Positions 9,201 to 15,846 of a stretch of 32,000 nt of DNA are shown here, piece by piece. The DNA is taken from positions 900,001-932,000 of the forward strand of contig OY969425.1 of the NCBI GenBank assembly GCA_963699255.1, in the 5' to 3' direction. The translations under genes were made by a program, and so were the position numbers. Every line of letters starts with the position of its first letter. Positions within the stretch are counted from its first letter, which is position 1. The stretch is from an uncultured bacterium (lineage in GTDB: Bacteria > Margulisbacteria > WOR-1 > CAVSGV01). Below the pieces are notes generated by a model. It saw only the letters and a list, made by a program, of their open reading frames with translations, did not search any database and was not told where the DNA came from.

Positions 9201-11116
9201 ACCGTAACTTCCACAGTTATCGGAGAACCCGCGGAAGTGCCAACAGGCTGGGTCTTCCAGCCCAATTTCGTTGAAGTGCTCTTCCAGGCCGCGTATCGGT
9301 AAACGACAGTATTTGCATTAACCGTCGCATTTGTTCCGACCTGGAATCCATTCACCTCAAGCGCTTGTACGGCATCAGCTAAATTCGCGGTCGCGGTAAA
9401 ATACTGGGTATTATCCCCTAAAAGGCTGGCCGGCCTAAGCACGGCCCCGCTGGTGACTTCCGGCCGCTTTACCCAAACGAGCCCGGGCCTGAAACCAACG
9501 CCGGTAATGGACCTGTTATCAGATCCGTTCCCGGTATAGGTGGAAGTTGAAAATTGATTACCGGTGTTCTTAAAAGCGAAGTAAAAATAAGTCGTTGCCG
9601 CCGTATTAACGACTGCGTTCGTTCCCACCTGGAATCCGCTCGCCTCCAAAGCCTGGACCGCATCAGCGATGTCAGCAGTAGCCGAAAAGTAGGCGGTGGC
9701 ATCACCGGCGATCGATGAGGTACGGAACACTCCAAAGGTCGCCCCGGTGCTTTTTACCGCCACAAGATCGGGCTGAAAGGAAAGGCAGGGCATAGAACGA
9801 TCGTCTCCGCCAGTTCCGGTGTATGCCCCGACGGCAAAGTTTGTGGAATTCGTTGTCCCTTTGAACGCCATCCAGCGGTAAGTAGTCGCTCCGGTATTGA
9901 CCGCTGCATTCGCTCCAACCGAAAATCCGTCATTATCAAGGGAGGTTACGCCATCGGCGAAACTGGCGGTTGCAACGCCCATATATGCGGTGGAATTAGG
10001 CGCCATTAACGATGTGGTGAATACTGCCGAACCGCCGGCTGTATCCGCCTTAACAATGACAAGGTCTGGCTTAAATCCCACTCCGGTGATCGACTGACTT
10101 GATCCATTGCCGGCATAGGAGCCGCTGAGCATTTTAAATGTTCCGGAAAGTGCCGGAGAAGGAACGCCCCTAAAAGCAGCATAGTAATAAGTGCTTGCTG
10201 CCAAATTCACACGGCCGTTCGTCCCTACCTGGAACCCGTCGCTTTCCAGGGTTTGAACATGGTCGGTCGCATTAGCTGCGGCAGTGAATATCTGGCTCTC
10301 GTCGCCGTAGCTCTGGTTGCTTCGCAAGGCGGCAGCATTGGTCACCGCCGACTGTTTAACGAACATAAAATCGGGCTTGAACCCGACCCCCGTTATGTCG
10401 CGGTTATCCGTTCCGTCCCCGACATAACTCCCAACGGCCATGCTGCCCGCGACCGATTTAAACGCGACATAATAATATGTGCTTGCCGCAGCATTGGTCT
10501 CTGCGTTTGATCCGACCTGGAATCCGTCAGACTGAAGAGCCTGGATCATGTTCGGGATCGGAGCGGTGGCGGAAAAATAGTGGCTATTGTCCCCGCCCAT
10601 TGAAGATGAATTCCACACCCCTAATGAGGCGCCGTCTCTTTTTACCCACACCAGGTTCGGCTGAAAACCTATACCGATGATATTCCTGTCATCGGCCCCG
10701 TTACCTGTATATGATCCGACCTTAAAATCCGCTCCCCCGCTGCCGTAAAAAGCGATCCATGTATATCGCACGTTCGCTGAATTGACGTTTGCGTTCGTTC
10801 CCAGTGAGAACCCGTCTGAATTAAGAGAGGTAATTAAACCTGTATCGTTCGGAACGGCATTCTCAAAATAAGCGGTGGAATCCCCCATCATGGCCGAGCT
10901 TTTCCAAACAGCCCTGCCGGCCGCCGTATCCGATTTAATGATCACCAGATCAGGCTGAAAACCTACCCCGGTGATCGAGCGGGAAAATCCCGTGCCAACA
11001 TAATAGCCTGTTTGAATGGAAAATGCGTAAGCGGAAGTCCCAATAAATAATATTGAGAGGAAAATGATGAAAAAAGCAATGCAAAATAACCTTCTCAGTG
11101 AACCCCCCCTCCTCAT
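6284..11116 (-). CDS. giant repeat-built surface protein (1610 aa) with T9SS-type C-terminal sorting domain
   Basis: The signal peptide is MRRGGSLRRLFCIAFFIIFLSILFIGTSAYA/F. It is followed by 6 copies of a ~97-aa unclassified repeat and 6 copies of a 105-106-aa Ig-like repeat. Next come an SbsA/Big_5-like Ig domain (ITFFSPTGEAANV...DASGNPL..SWDFRV) and a further beta-rich region. The protein ends in a CTD. Confidence 0.85.
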   Translation of the reverse strand: MRRGGSLRRLFCIAFFIIFLSILFIGTSAYAFSIQTGYYVGTGFSRSITGVGFQPDLVIIKSDTAAGRAVWKSSAMMGDSTAYFENAVPNDTGLITSLNSDGFSLGTNANVNSANVRYTWIAFYGSGGADFKVGSYTGNGADDRNIIGIGFQPNLVWVKRDGASLGVWNSSSMGGDNSHYFSATAPIPNMIQALQSDGFQVGSNAETNAAASTYYYVAFKSVAGSMAVGSYVGDGTDNRDITGVGFKPDFMFVKQSAVTNAAALRSNQSYGDESQIFTAAANATDHVQTLESDGFQVGTNGRVNLAASTYYYAAFRGVPSPALSGTFKMLSGSYAGNGSSQSITGVGFKPDLVIVKADTAGGSAVFTTSLMAPNSTAYMGVATASFADGVTSLDNDGFSVGANAAVNTGATTYRWMAFKGTTNSTNFAVGAYTGTGGDDRSMPCLSFQPDLVAVKSTGATFGVFRTSSIAGDATAYFSATADIADAVQALEASGFQVGTNAVVNTAATTYFYFAFKNTGNQFSTSTYTGNGSDNRSITGVGFRPGLVWVKRPEVTSGAVLRPASLLGDNTQYFTATANLADAVQALEVNGFQVGTNATVNANTVVYRYAAWKSTSTKLGWKTQPVGTSAGSPITVEVTVQDQNSNIDSTDNSTYITVAIQNNPGGGTLSGTFTKQVSGGVATFENLSIDKSGTGYTLQATSSGLTSATSNTFNITPASSSQLGYIVQPSSAVAGISIAPSVEVKTLDQYGNLVTTDNTSVVTAEIKNNAGGGTLSGTFTKQVSGGVATFENLSIDKSGTGYTLQAKSSGLTSTESSAFDIISASSSQLGYIVQPTSAVAGIYIAPSVEVKTLDQYGNPVTTDNTSVVTIEILSNPGGGTLSGTLTKVVSGGIATFESISIDKAGVGYTLRVKAQGLTSSTSSTFNITSSSSSQLGYIVQPSSAVAGISIAPSIEVKTLDQYGNPTTDNTSVVTIEIQNNPGGGTLSGTLTEQVSGGVATFENLSIDKSGTGYTLQATSSGLTPVTSSAFNITPASSSQLGFVVQPSSAAAGTNIAPSVEARTLDQYGNPVTTDNTSVVTIEIQSNPSGGTLSGTLTEQVSGGVATFENLSIDKSGVGYTLSVTAEGLTSAASSAFSITNAAASNITFEVQPADSAAGVSLFPAPRIALRDQYGNTVTNNNTSMVTVEIQNNPGGGVLTGTKTKIVAGGIATFESVMINRAGTGYTLQARSNGLSTAVSASFDVTGSMTGPQITFFSPTGEAANVTPEATVSAEFSTAMDTGSVQNAFTLKAILDSSGNSINIPIIGSYSWIGNRVVFTPSVPLTKGYTYRANISTEACDASGNPLQAALSWDFRVIADSGTANVFTASDGKTRAAFPSGAVSGSYSVQFSIDPQSSPIAVNPAKIIAANAKITSQGNPSFHPIAGTYREFAAYDNTGAMITNNFLKKVTIYLPYTDNNDDGIIDGTSPPVSIHNVSIYWLDESDSSWVKVSDSSLISGQKCFAAAVPHFSTYVLMSLPSPSLSNAHPYPNPFVPSEGHTTITFTNLATSCTIKIFTVSGQLVKTIQENDGDGQNVWNVENDSNEQLRSGIYLYVIRSSNDTKTGKLVVIR
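6287..6544 (-). other. T9SS type-A-like C-terminal sorting domain (CTD) of the 1610-aa protein
   Basis: The last ~85 aa read AHPYPNPFVPSEGHTTITFTNLATSCTIKIFTVSGQLVKTIQ..VWNVENDSNEQLRSGIYLYVIRSSNDTKTGKLVVIR. This matches the pattern of the Por secretion tail (YPNPF, T.I.F, I.IF...G.LV, SG.Y, K..K.V.I). Confidence 0.65.
7385..9265 (-). repeat. six tandem Ig-like coding repeats, period 315-318 nt
   Basis: These are residues 618-1244 of the 1610-aa protein. The unit is LGYIVQPSSAVAGISIAPSVEVKTLDQYGN.VTTDNTSVVT.EI.NNPGGGTLSGT.TKQVSGGVATFENLSIDKSGTGYTLQA.SSGLTS..S.AF.IT. Exact DNA identity occurs at a 318-nt offset: the 42-mer at 7781-7822 equals 8099-8140, and the 80-mer at 8732-8811 equals 9050-9129. 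Confidence 0.9.
9266..11023 (-). repeat. six tandem copies of an unclassified ~95-101-aa coding repeat
   Basis: These are residues 32-617. The recurrent pattern is F.VGSYTGNG.DNR.ITGVGF.PDLV.VK...(8-10)..S..GD...YF.A.A...D.VQALE.DGFQVGTNA.VN....TYYY.AF. Confidence 0.85.
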
Positions 11117-11162
11117 AGAAAAGCTTTTTTCTATTCTATAATACTATGTAATAGCTGCGCAT

Positions 11163-11191
11163 ATTTTATCACAATAACGATAAAATTGAAC
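11163..11191 (-). promoter_or_regulatory. candidate sigma70-type promoter for the giant-protein operon (extended -10)
   Basis: The minus strand reads TTCAAT - 16 nt - TGaTAAAAT, with the -10 at 11168..11163 and the TG at 11171..11170. This sits ~45 nt upstream of the ATG at 11116. The context is AT-rich, so chance matches are common. Confidence 0.3.
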
Positions 11192-11205
11192 CCTTCAATG
11201 TATAT

Positions 11206-11234
11206 TTGCTCATTTATTAAACATATGCTAGAAT
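11206..11234 (+). promoter_or_regulatory. candidate sigma70-type promoter reading toward the repeat region and tRNA-fMet
   Basis: TTGCTC (11206-11211), a 17-nt spacer, then TAGAAT (11229-11234). It would give a ~330-nt leader running through the hairpin repeats before the tRNA. Confidence 0.3.
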
Positions 11235-11320
11235 GCCATTCTCGTTTTCAATGCGAGGCAGAAACTAAAAGAAATGCCTCAAATTCTTCAGAACAGGCAG
11301 TCTTGAATATGGTTTAAGAT

Positions 11321-11376
11321 TTTGAATTTGTAATTTTGGATTTGTTTGAGATTTGGTAATTGGTCATTGGAATTTG
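11321..11376. repeat. low-complexity TTTGG/ATTTG-rich element
   Basis: The sequence is tttgaatttgtaattttggatttgtttgagatttggtaattggtcattggaatttg. The 24-mer at 11352-11375 matches 23118-23141 on the opposite strand at 21/24 positions. Confidence 0.35.
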
Positions 11377-11398
11377 CGCTGAGCGCAGCGAAGCGTTG

Positions 11399-11453
11399 TG
11401 GGGAGTAGCCCCGATTTCATCGGGGCGTTGAGGGGCGAAGCCCCTAAATGAAC
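11399..11453. repeat. 55-nt double-hairpin repeat, copy 1
   Basis: The sequence is TGGGGAGTAGCCCCGATTTCATCGGGGCGTTGAGGGGCGAAGCCCCTAAATGAAC. It forms two stem-loops: GCCCCGA/TCGGGGC with a TTTCA loop, and AGGGGC/GCCCCT with a GAA loop. Confidence 0.8.
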
Positions 11454-11489
11454 TAAAGTTAACGTCTTTGTCTTCGAGTAATAGATAGA

Positions 11490-11544
11490 TGGGGAGTAGC
11501 CCCGATTTCAACGGGGCGTTGAGGGGTGAAACCCCTCAAAGAAC
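11490..11544. repeat. 55-nt double-hairpin repeat, copy 2
   Basis: It lies 91 nt from copy 1 and is identical at 50/55 positions. Two of the five differences (C>T and G>A) are compensatory in the second stem, giving GAGGGGT gaa ACCCCTC. Confidence 0.8.
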
Positions 11545-11567
11545 GTCAGTCACAGCCGCCGTAGTAT

Positions 11568-11641
<74 letters not shown>

Positions 11642-11684
11642 TTTCTCTTTTTTCCTGCTCCTGCGAGGATAATCACTGATCCCC

Positions 11685-12734
11685 TTAACCAACCTTCTGG
11701 TCTATTATTTCGCTCGGTGCACCCGCGGTGCACCCAACCTGTAAAACACTTACCGCTTTCTTGAGATTCTCCATCCTTATGTGAGCATATACCTGAGTTG
11801 TCTGGACTGAGGCATGCCCTAGAAGATTTTGAACCTCATAGATCGGTACTCCTCTTTGAACCAAGAGGCTTGCGAACGTATGCCTTAACTTATGCAGATG
11901 CCCTTTTATGCTTAATCTGTCCAAGAGCTTCTTGAATCGGTGATAATAATCGCTAACGGGCATTCCTTCATTGTATTCAAAGACATATACCTGTTTATCG
12001 CTTTTGCGCAGATACAGCGAAAACATGTGCTGAAACAACGTTTCATTCATCGGTATTGTCCTGAACCTGTGTGACTTCGATATTTCGATATTGATAACCT
12101 TGTTCTTGAAGTCCACATCAGCCCATTTAAGCCGTTTTATCTCACTGGCCCTAAATCCGGTATTCAAAAGGACTATCACATAATCCCTGATGAACGGCTC
12201 CGCTGCCGCTAATATCTTTTCAATTTCTTCTTCGGTGAACCATTCTGGCCGCCTTTTGTCCACCTTAAGCTTTGTTATCTTCGGGATATTAGCCAGATAC
12301 TGCCTTTCTACGGCAAACCTGAGCATCGTGCCCAGCAGAATGGAGTGGTTATTTACAGTCTTGTTACTCTTGCCTTCTTTGCTCCACTTTGACTGGGCCT
12401 CTTGAATCCTGAGTGTCGTTATTTGGATCAGCTTTAACGCCCCGAATTCCTTCAATAATGCCTTTATGACAGAGCCATCCTTCTCGTATGTTGAGCTCAT
12501 TTTCCTGGAGACTGAGTAATCCCCATACTCTTTAGTCAGTTTATAAAAACTGACCTCTTTCATATATAGGGATACCGGCTTACCGGATACAAGCTCACCC
12601 TCATACATCCGCAAATATTCTCTTGCCTCTCTCAAAGTCCTAGCGGGAATCTTCCGCGAGTTTTGTCTCCCACATGTCTTATCGATAATGTGGAAAGTAA
12701 TCCCCTTGCCGGTGCGTCTCCTTCTAATAAACAT
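11685..12734 (-). CDS. int: tyrosine recombinase / phage-type integrase
   Basis: 349 aa. The catalytic signature is present: TGFRASE (Arg), HKLRHTFAS (His-x-x-Arg) and LLGHASVQTTQVYAHI (His, Tyr). It lies adjacent to the tRNA 3' end. The start overlaps the upstream stop (TAATG) and is preceded by a strong SD, AAGGAAGGAG. Confidence 0.9.
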   Translation of the reverse strand: MFIRRRRTGKGITFHIIDKTCGRQNSRKIPARTLREAREYLRMYEGELVSGKPVSLYMKEVSFYKLTKEYGDYSVSRKMSSTYEKDGSVIKALLKEFGALKLIQITTLRIQEAQSKWSKEGKSNKTVNNHSILLGTMLRFAVERQYLANIPKITKLKVDKRRPEWFTEEEIEKILAAAEPFIRDYVIVLLNTGFRASEIKRLKWADVDFKNKVINIEISKSHRFRTIPMNETLFQHMFSLYLRKSDKQVYVFEYNEGMPVSDYYHRFKKLLDRLSIKGHLHKLRHTFASLLVQRGVPIYEVQNLLGHASVQTTQVYAHIRMENLKKAVSVLQVGCTAGAPSEIIDQKVG

Positions 12735-12964
12735 TATTCACTCCTTCCTTGAGGAGACTGCCCGGACAAATTATCCATGAATTTGTTTACTTCTTCAACC
12801 CTAAACCGAACGGATCGTCTGTTCTTTATCTTCGCATTAGAGGATTTAACGGAAGGCAAGTAGATAGGCGTTAAAATACCTTTTTCCGCATAGGCATAGA
12901 CCGTGCTTTTGCCAATGCTAAGCATTTCGACTATATCTTTTACGGTTAGTAATAGCTTTTTCAT
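12734..12964 (-). CDS. small helix-turn-helix DNA-binding protein, excisionase/AlpA-like
   Basis: 76 aa. LTVKDIVEMLSIGKSTVYAYAEKGILTP is a typical excisionase-family HTH. It lies directly upstream of the integrase and is translationally coupled to it. Confidence 0.7.
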   Translation of the reverse strand: MKKLLLTVKDIVEMLSIGKSTVYAYAEKGILTPIYLPSVKSSNAKIKNRRSVRFRVEEVNKFMDNLSGQSPQGRSE

Positions 12965-13048
12965 GATAATGTCTGCCTTGTGCCATATCTATATCAGGAT
13001 TTGTGGCGAGGAATTTCTTCGGTAATTCTTTTGATGTTTCCGTGGGGC

Positions 13049-13636
13049 TTAGGGGTTTACACTTCTGAATTCTTCTCTTTTTCTTTTTTCCCTAAGTTTT
13101 TGCATAAGCTTGCGACTTTTCCCTCTTTTTTCTTCCTTGTGTTTAATAAAATATTGATTATCATCATACCTTTTTTTACATGAAGCACCTCGCATGTATC
13201 GATTACAAAAAATCGCATCTTTTTCCCATAGGAATAAACTGCCACAGTATTTGCATTTACACGCGAGATGTTTCTTTTCAAGTACTTCGACTAATTGTTT
13301 ACACATCTGATATATATCGTAATTCCCCCACTCAAGTTTTGTCATGAGACTTTCGCCCTTTTTTATTCTTTCTAAATCTTTACTGGTAGAATAATAGTGG
13401 CACAAAGTATTAAGATCATCAGAGATGGTATTGAACAATGCAAACCCTTTATCAATGTCCCGTTTAACAAAAGTCAATCTTGCAACATTAGTTAGTATTC
13501 TTTTTGTTTCATCGGGATCTTGGAAGATCATTGAAGGAGGGAGTTTTTTATAAGTTATTCTGGTTTCAACCTTGAATTTACGTCTAAATCTCTTATATAC
13601 CTTCTTAAAGATAGCCTCATTATTTTTTATGCTCAT
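13049..13636 (-). CDS. hypothetical protein with Cys-cluster (putative zinc finger) and highly basic C-terminal tail
   Basis: 195 aa. The Cys cluster is C-K-C-KY-C ...(12)... C ...(8)... C (ACKCKYCGSLFLWEKDAIFCNRYMRGASCKKRY). The tail is KHKEEKRGKSRKLMQKLREKRKREE. I recognise no family. Confidence 0.55.
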   Translation of the reverse strand: MSIKNNEAIFKKVYKRFRRKFKVETRITYKKLPPSMIFQDPDETKRILTNVARLTFVKRDIDKGFALFNTISDDLNTLCHYYSTSKDLERIKKGESLMTKLEWGNYDIYQMCKQLVEVLEKKHLACKCKYCGSLFLWEKDAIFCNRYMRGASCKKRYDDNQYFIKHKEEKRGKSRKLMQKLREKRKREEFRSVNP

Positions 13637-13675
13637 AAAATATAGTTAATCTCAAAGAGATAATTTACTCACCCG

Positions 13676-13693
13676 CCTTACCCCCACTATTAC
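13676..13693 (+). repeat. candidate attR: imperfect direct copy of the tRNA-fMet 3' end
   Basis: CCTTACCCCCACTATTAC aligns with tRNA/flank CCT-ACCCCCGCTATTTC (11629-11645) at 15 matches, 2 mismatches and 1 gap. C-runs are otherwise rare in this AT-rich segment. Confidence 0.35.
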
Positions 13694-13819
13694 GCTCAGA
13701 TTATATCAGCCACCTTATAGGCCGGCAACAAGGCGGGCAATTTTAACATCAGAAACGTCAGAAATATCAGGGGATTAAGGTGGGACTATGGACAGCTTGG
13801 ATATTTGCTTCGTAATAAA

Positions 13820-15115
13820 TTATGCCCAGCATTTAAACGCTTCCTGTATTTTCTTTTCCACTTCCTTGCAGAATCTATCTTGATCATCCATGTCAACGGC
13901 TTCATTTTTGTTCCATTTATAGGACATAACGATTCCGGGACAAAGGTTTAAATTCGGATACCCCTTTTCCCCAATTATAGTGCTAAATTTTAATTTATCG
14001 CTGACAGCCATTATCTTTTTGCTTAATAGTAGTTTTAAGCATTTGCCCCAGTCTTCTTTTTTTACCTGATTCAGCTTGCCACTCTTCACTTTCTCCTTCC
14101 AGTAAATAAGATATTCTTCTGTTGGCATTTCTGTATTCGCCCATAAAAGGCCTGATGATCTGTATGCAAAGTGAAAGTTGGGGATGATTTTCCATTTCTT
14201 TTTAGCCAACTTCAGCAGGTCGTTTGTTTTGACGTTAGAGTAAAAATGTCTTGCTTGGTTCATAACATCTCCGGGTGTTAAAGACAGTTCTATGCTCCAA
14301 TCGGTATTATCAGAACCTTTTCTCTGGAAAAGCGTTATCTCTTTTATTTCCGGCCTGTTAACTTTTATCGAATAATGCCACCCTCTATGCCAGGAAACAT
14401 TGCCTAATTGCAATAACTCCATTATACTTTTTAATCGTTTTTCTATTAAGTATTCATCATCCTTGCACATGCTCAGTTTATCGAACGGATTTAAAAATGA
14501 CCAATGTGTGTCAACATATAGAAGGAATTGTTCGATCAGTTTTTTTTCGATAAACGAGATCATGCTGTTGCCCATAATGTCGTTAAGCCCTTTAATTATG
14601 TTCTTCCATAACAAAATAACAGGTTTTTCTTCGTGTTCCAAGCCTTCAGGGAATTTAAAGCTCAACTGATCGAACCATACATCTGTATGTCTAGGTTTAT
14701 TCTCAATGGTCAGAATATACCCATCATCCGTTTCTATTAGCCCATCCAGTACGCCTTTTCTCTCGGAAGATGCAATCTTATTTTCGTTGTAATCTATTTG
14801 TTCATCGGTAATAAGTATCGCGATTAACCGGCCCTCATAATCATCGACCCTGCTTGTATTGATCTGAGTCCTAATCTCCTTAAACGTATTGCTGCCTTCT
14901 ATGCTTGAGGAGGGGATAAATTCATCATCAACCTTTTTCTGTTTCAGTTCGTTTTTTATGTAATTTATGAATAGAATCTGAGCAAATACCGAATAATCCA
15001 ACAAAGTGAGAAAAGCGTGCGTGAGCTGATCTTCATAATGGTTCTCTTTTCTAATGTATTTCGTAAAAATATTCAACTTATCCACTATTTTGCTCCCTCT
15101 TTGTAAAAGATCCAA
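13820..15115 (-). CDS. hypothetical protein with putative N-terminal PD-(D/E)XK nuclease-like core
   Basis: 431 aa from the TTG at 15115. A GTG at 15085 has the better SD (AGAGGGAG, 7-nt spacing). The motif arrangement is HYEDQLTHAF (acidic helix) ... GVLDGLIETDDGYILTIENKP, which gives D124-x13-E138-x-K140 (nt ~14696-14746). The C-terminal ~270 aa are unassigned. Confidence 0.6.
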   Translation of the reverse strand: MDLLQRGSKIVDKLNIFTKYIRKENHYEDQLTHAFLTLLDYSVFAQILFINYIKNELKQKKVDDEFIPSSSIEGSNTFKEIRTQINTSRVDDYEGRLIAILITDEQIDYNENKIASSERKGVLDGLIETDDGYILTIENKPRHTDVWFDQLSFKFPEGLEHEEKPVILLWKNIIKGLNDIMGNSMISFIEKKLIEQFLLYVDTHWSFLNPFDKLSMCKDDEYLIEKRLKSIMELLQLGNVSWHRGWHYSIKVNRPEIKEITLFQRKGSDNTDWSIELSLTPGDVMNQARHFYSNVKTNDLLKLAKKKWKIIPNFHFAYRSSGLLWANTEMPTEEYLIYWKEKVKSGKLNQVKKEDWGKCLKLLLSKKIMAVSDKLKFSTIIGEKGYPNLNLCPGIVMSYKWNKNEAVDMDDQDRFCKEVEKKIQEAFKCWA

Positions 15116-15147
15116 CTGACCTTAACGCATCTTTGATCCATTATGAA

Positions 15148-15846
15148 TTAGCTAAACTCCAAGGTAAGCCCTTCGCCATATTCTTTTGGCTTGATTTGAT
15201 TTTTAAAGTCTGTTGTTTTTTCAATTGTACTTATATCTTCAATTGAGCCTATCAATAATTCAAAGGGCTTGTTGCCACTATCCGCAGTACGAACAACTAA
15301 TCTCCATTCCTTTTGATGCGCAAACTTTATAGTTTTCTTAAATGGGCCTATTTCGCCATCATAAGATTTTTCATCATAATAAGTTACTAGCCCGTATCCA
15401 AATCCTTCTATGATTCCCTCATTTTGCAGTTTTATTAAAGAATCTTTCAAACGTTTAAAAAATTCTTTTACGTCCCGAATAACAATAAAACTGTCTCCAA
15501 AATCCTTAACCTTATCATCAAATATTTTCCAATCTTCTCGTACAGCTTCCCCTCTCATTATTACGCATGCGCTGAATATTTTGTTCTTAATATTGTCATC
15601 GGGAAATTCAATCGACCCGCCTAAAAAACCACCTTCGGGAGAAAATGTATGGCCATCTATCGTTACTTCGGTTTCCTTTGGTTGAATTAAATAATGCAAT
15701 CCTTCGTTTTCATCTTTTCTTTCTGTGTGATCTTCACAGTTTTTAAAATATGACCACGGATTCAAATATAATTTACCCTGCTGCAACTCTCGTAAATATT
15801 CCCCTTTACTAAACTTTACTATAAGCCATGCTATTTGTTGTTCCAT
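15148..15846 (-). CDS. hypothetical protein (232 aa from ATG 15846; ORF opens at TTG 15861)
   Basis: A clean ORF with SD AAGGAA 5 nt before the ATG at 15846. Motif order is KFSKGEYLRELQQGKLYLNPWSYF..ED..RKDENEGL ... IFSACVIM ... FGDSFIVIRD ... GLVTYYDE ... FAHQKEWRLVV. This is loosely reminiscent of DUF2971-type proteins, from memory only. It lies 33 nt upstream of the next gene. Confidence 0.6.
   Translation of the reverse strand: MEQQIAWLIVKFSKGEYLRELQQGKLYLNPWSYFKNCEDHTERKDENEGLHYLIQPKETEVTIDGHTFSPEGGFLGGSIEFPDDNIKNKIFSACVIMRGEAVREDWKIFDDKVKDFGDSFIVIRDVKEFFKRLKDSLIKLQNEGIIEGFGYGLVTYYDEKSYDGEIGPFKKTIKFAHQKEWRLVVRTADSGNKPFELLIGSIEDISTIEKTTDFKNQIKPKEYGEGLTLEFS

Larger units (their letters stand above)
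11642..13693. mobile_element. candidate minimal integrative element at the tRNA-fMet 3' end (int + xis + one cargo gene)
   Basis: An integrase gene begins 44 nt after the tRNA. The tRNA 3' segment CCT-ACCCCCGCTATTTC (11629-11645) recurs imperfectly as CCTTACCCCCACTATTAC at 13676-13693, in the first intergenic gap after the three genes. G+C drops abruptly at the tRNA. Confidence 0.4.

Noticed and set aside
7385-9265. Regular 318-nt periodic repeats, considered as a possible CRISPR-like array or minisatellite. The 660-nt repeats at 26675-29300 were considered likewise.
   Set aside because: The periods are far too long for CRISPR, and there is no short-repeat/unique-spacer structure. The periodicity is in frame and translates into Ig-like or FlgD-Ig-like domains within single long ORFs.
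11314-11511. A 65-aa minus-strand ORF (MKSGLLPIYLL...QISNKSKITNSKS) between the giant gene and the tRNA.
   Set aside because: It is composed entirely of the double-hairpin repeats and the low-complexity TTTGG tract. It has no SD and its sequence is not protein-like. It is better explained as a repeat or structured-RNA region.
12980-13281. Small ORFs at 12980..13183 (+) and 13057..13281 (-) overlapping the 195-aa gene.
   Set aside because: They are F/L/K-rich translations of AT-rich DNA in alternative frames of a longer, better-supported ORF, with no independent start signals.
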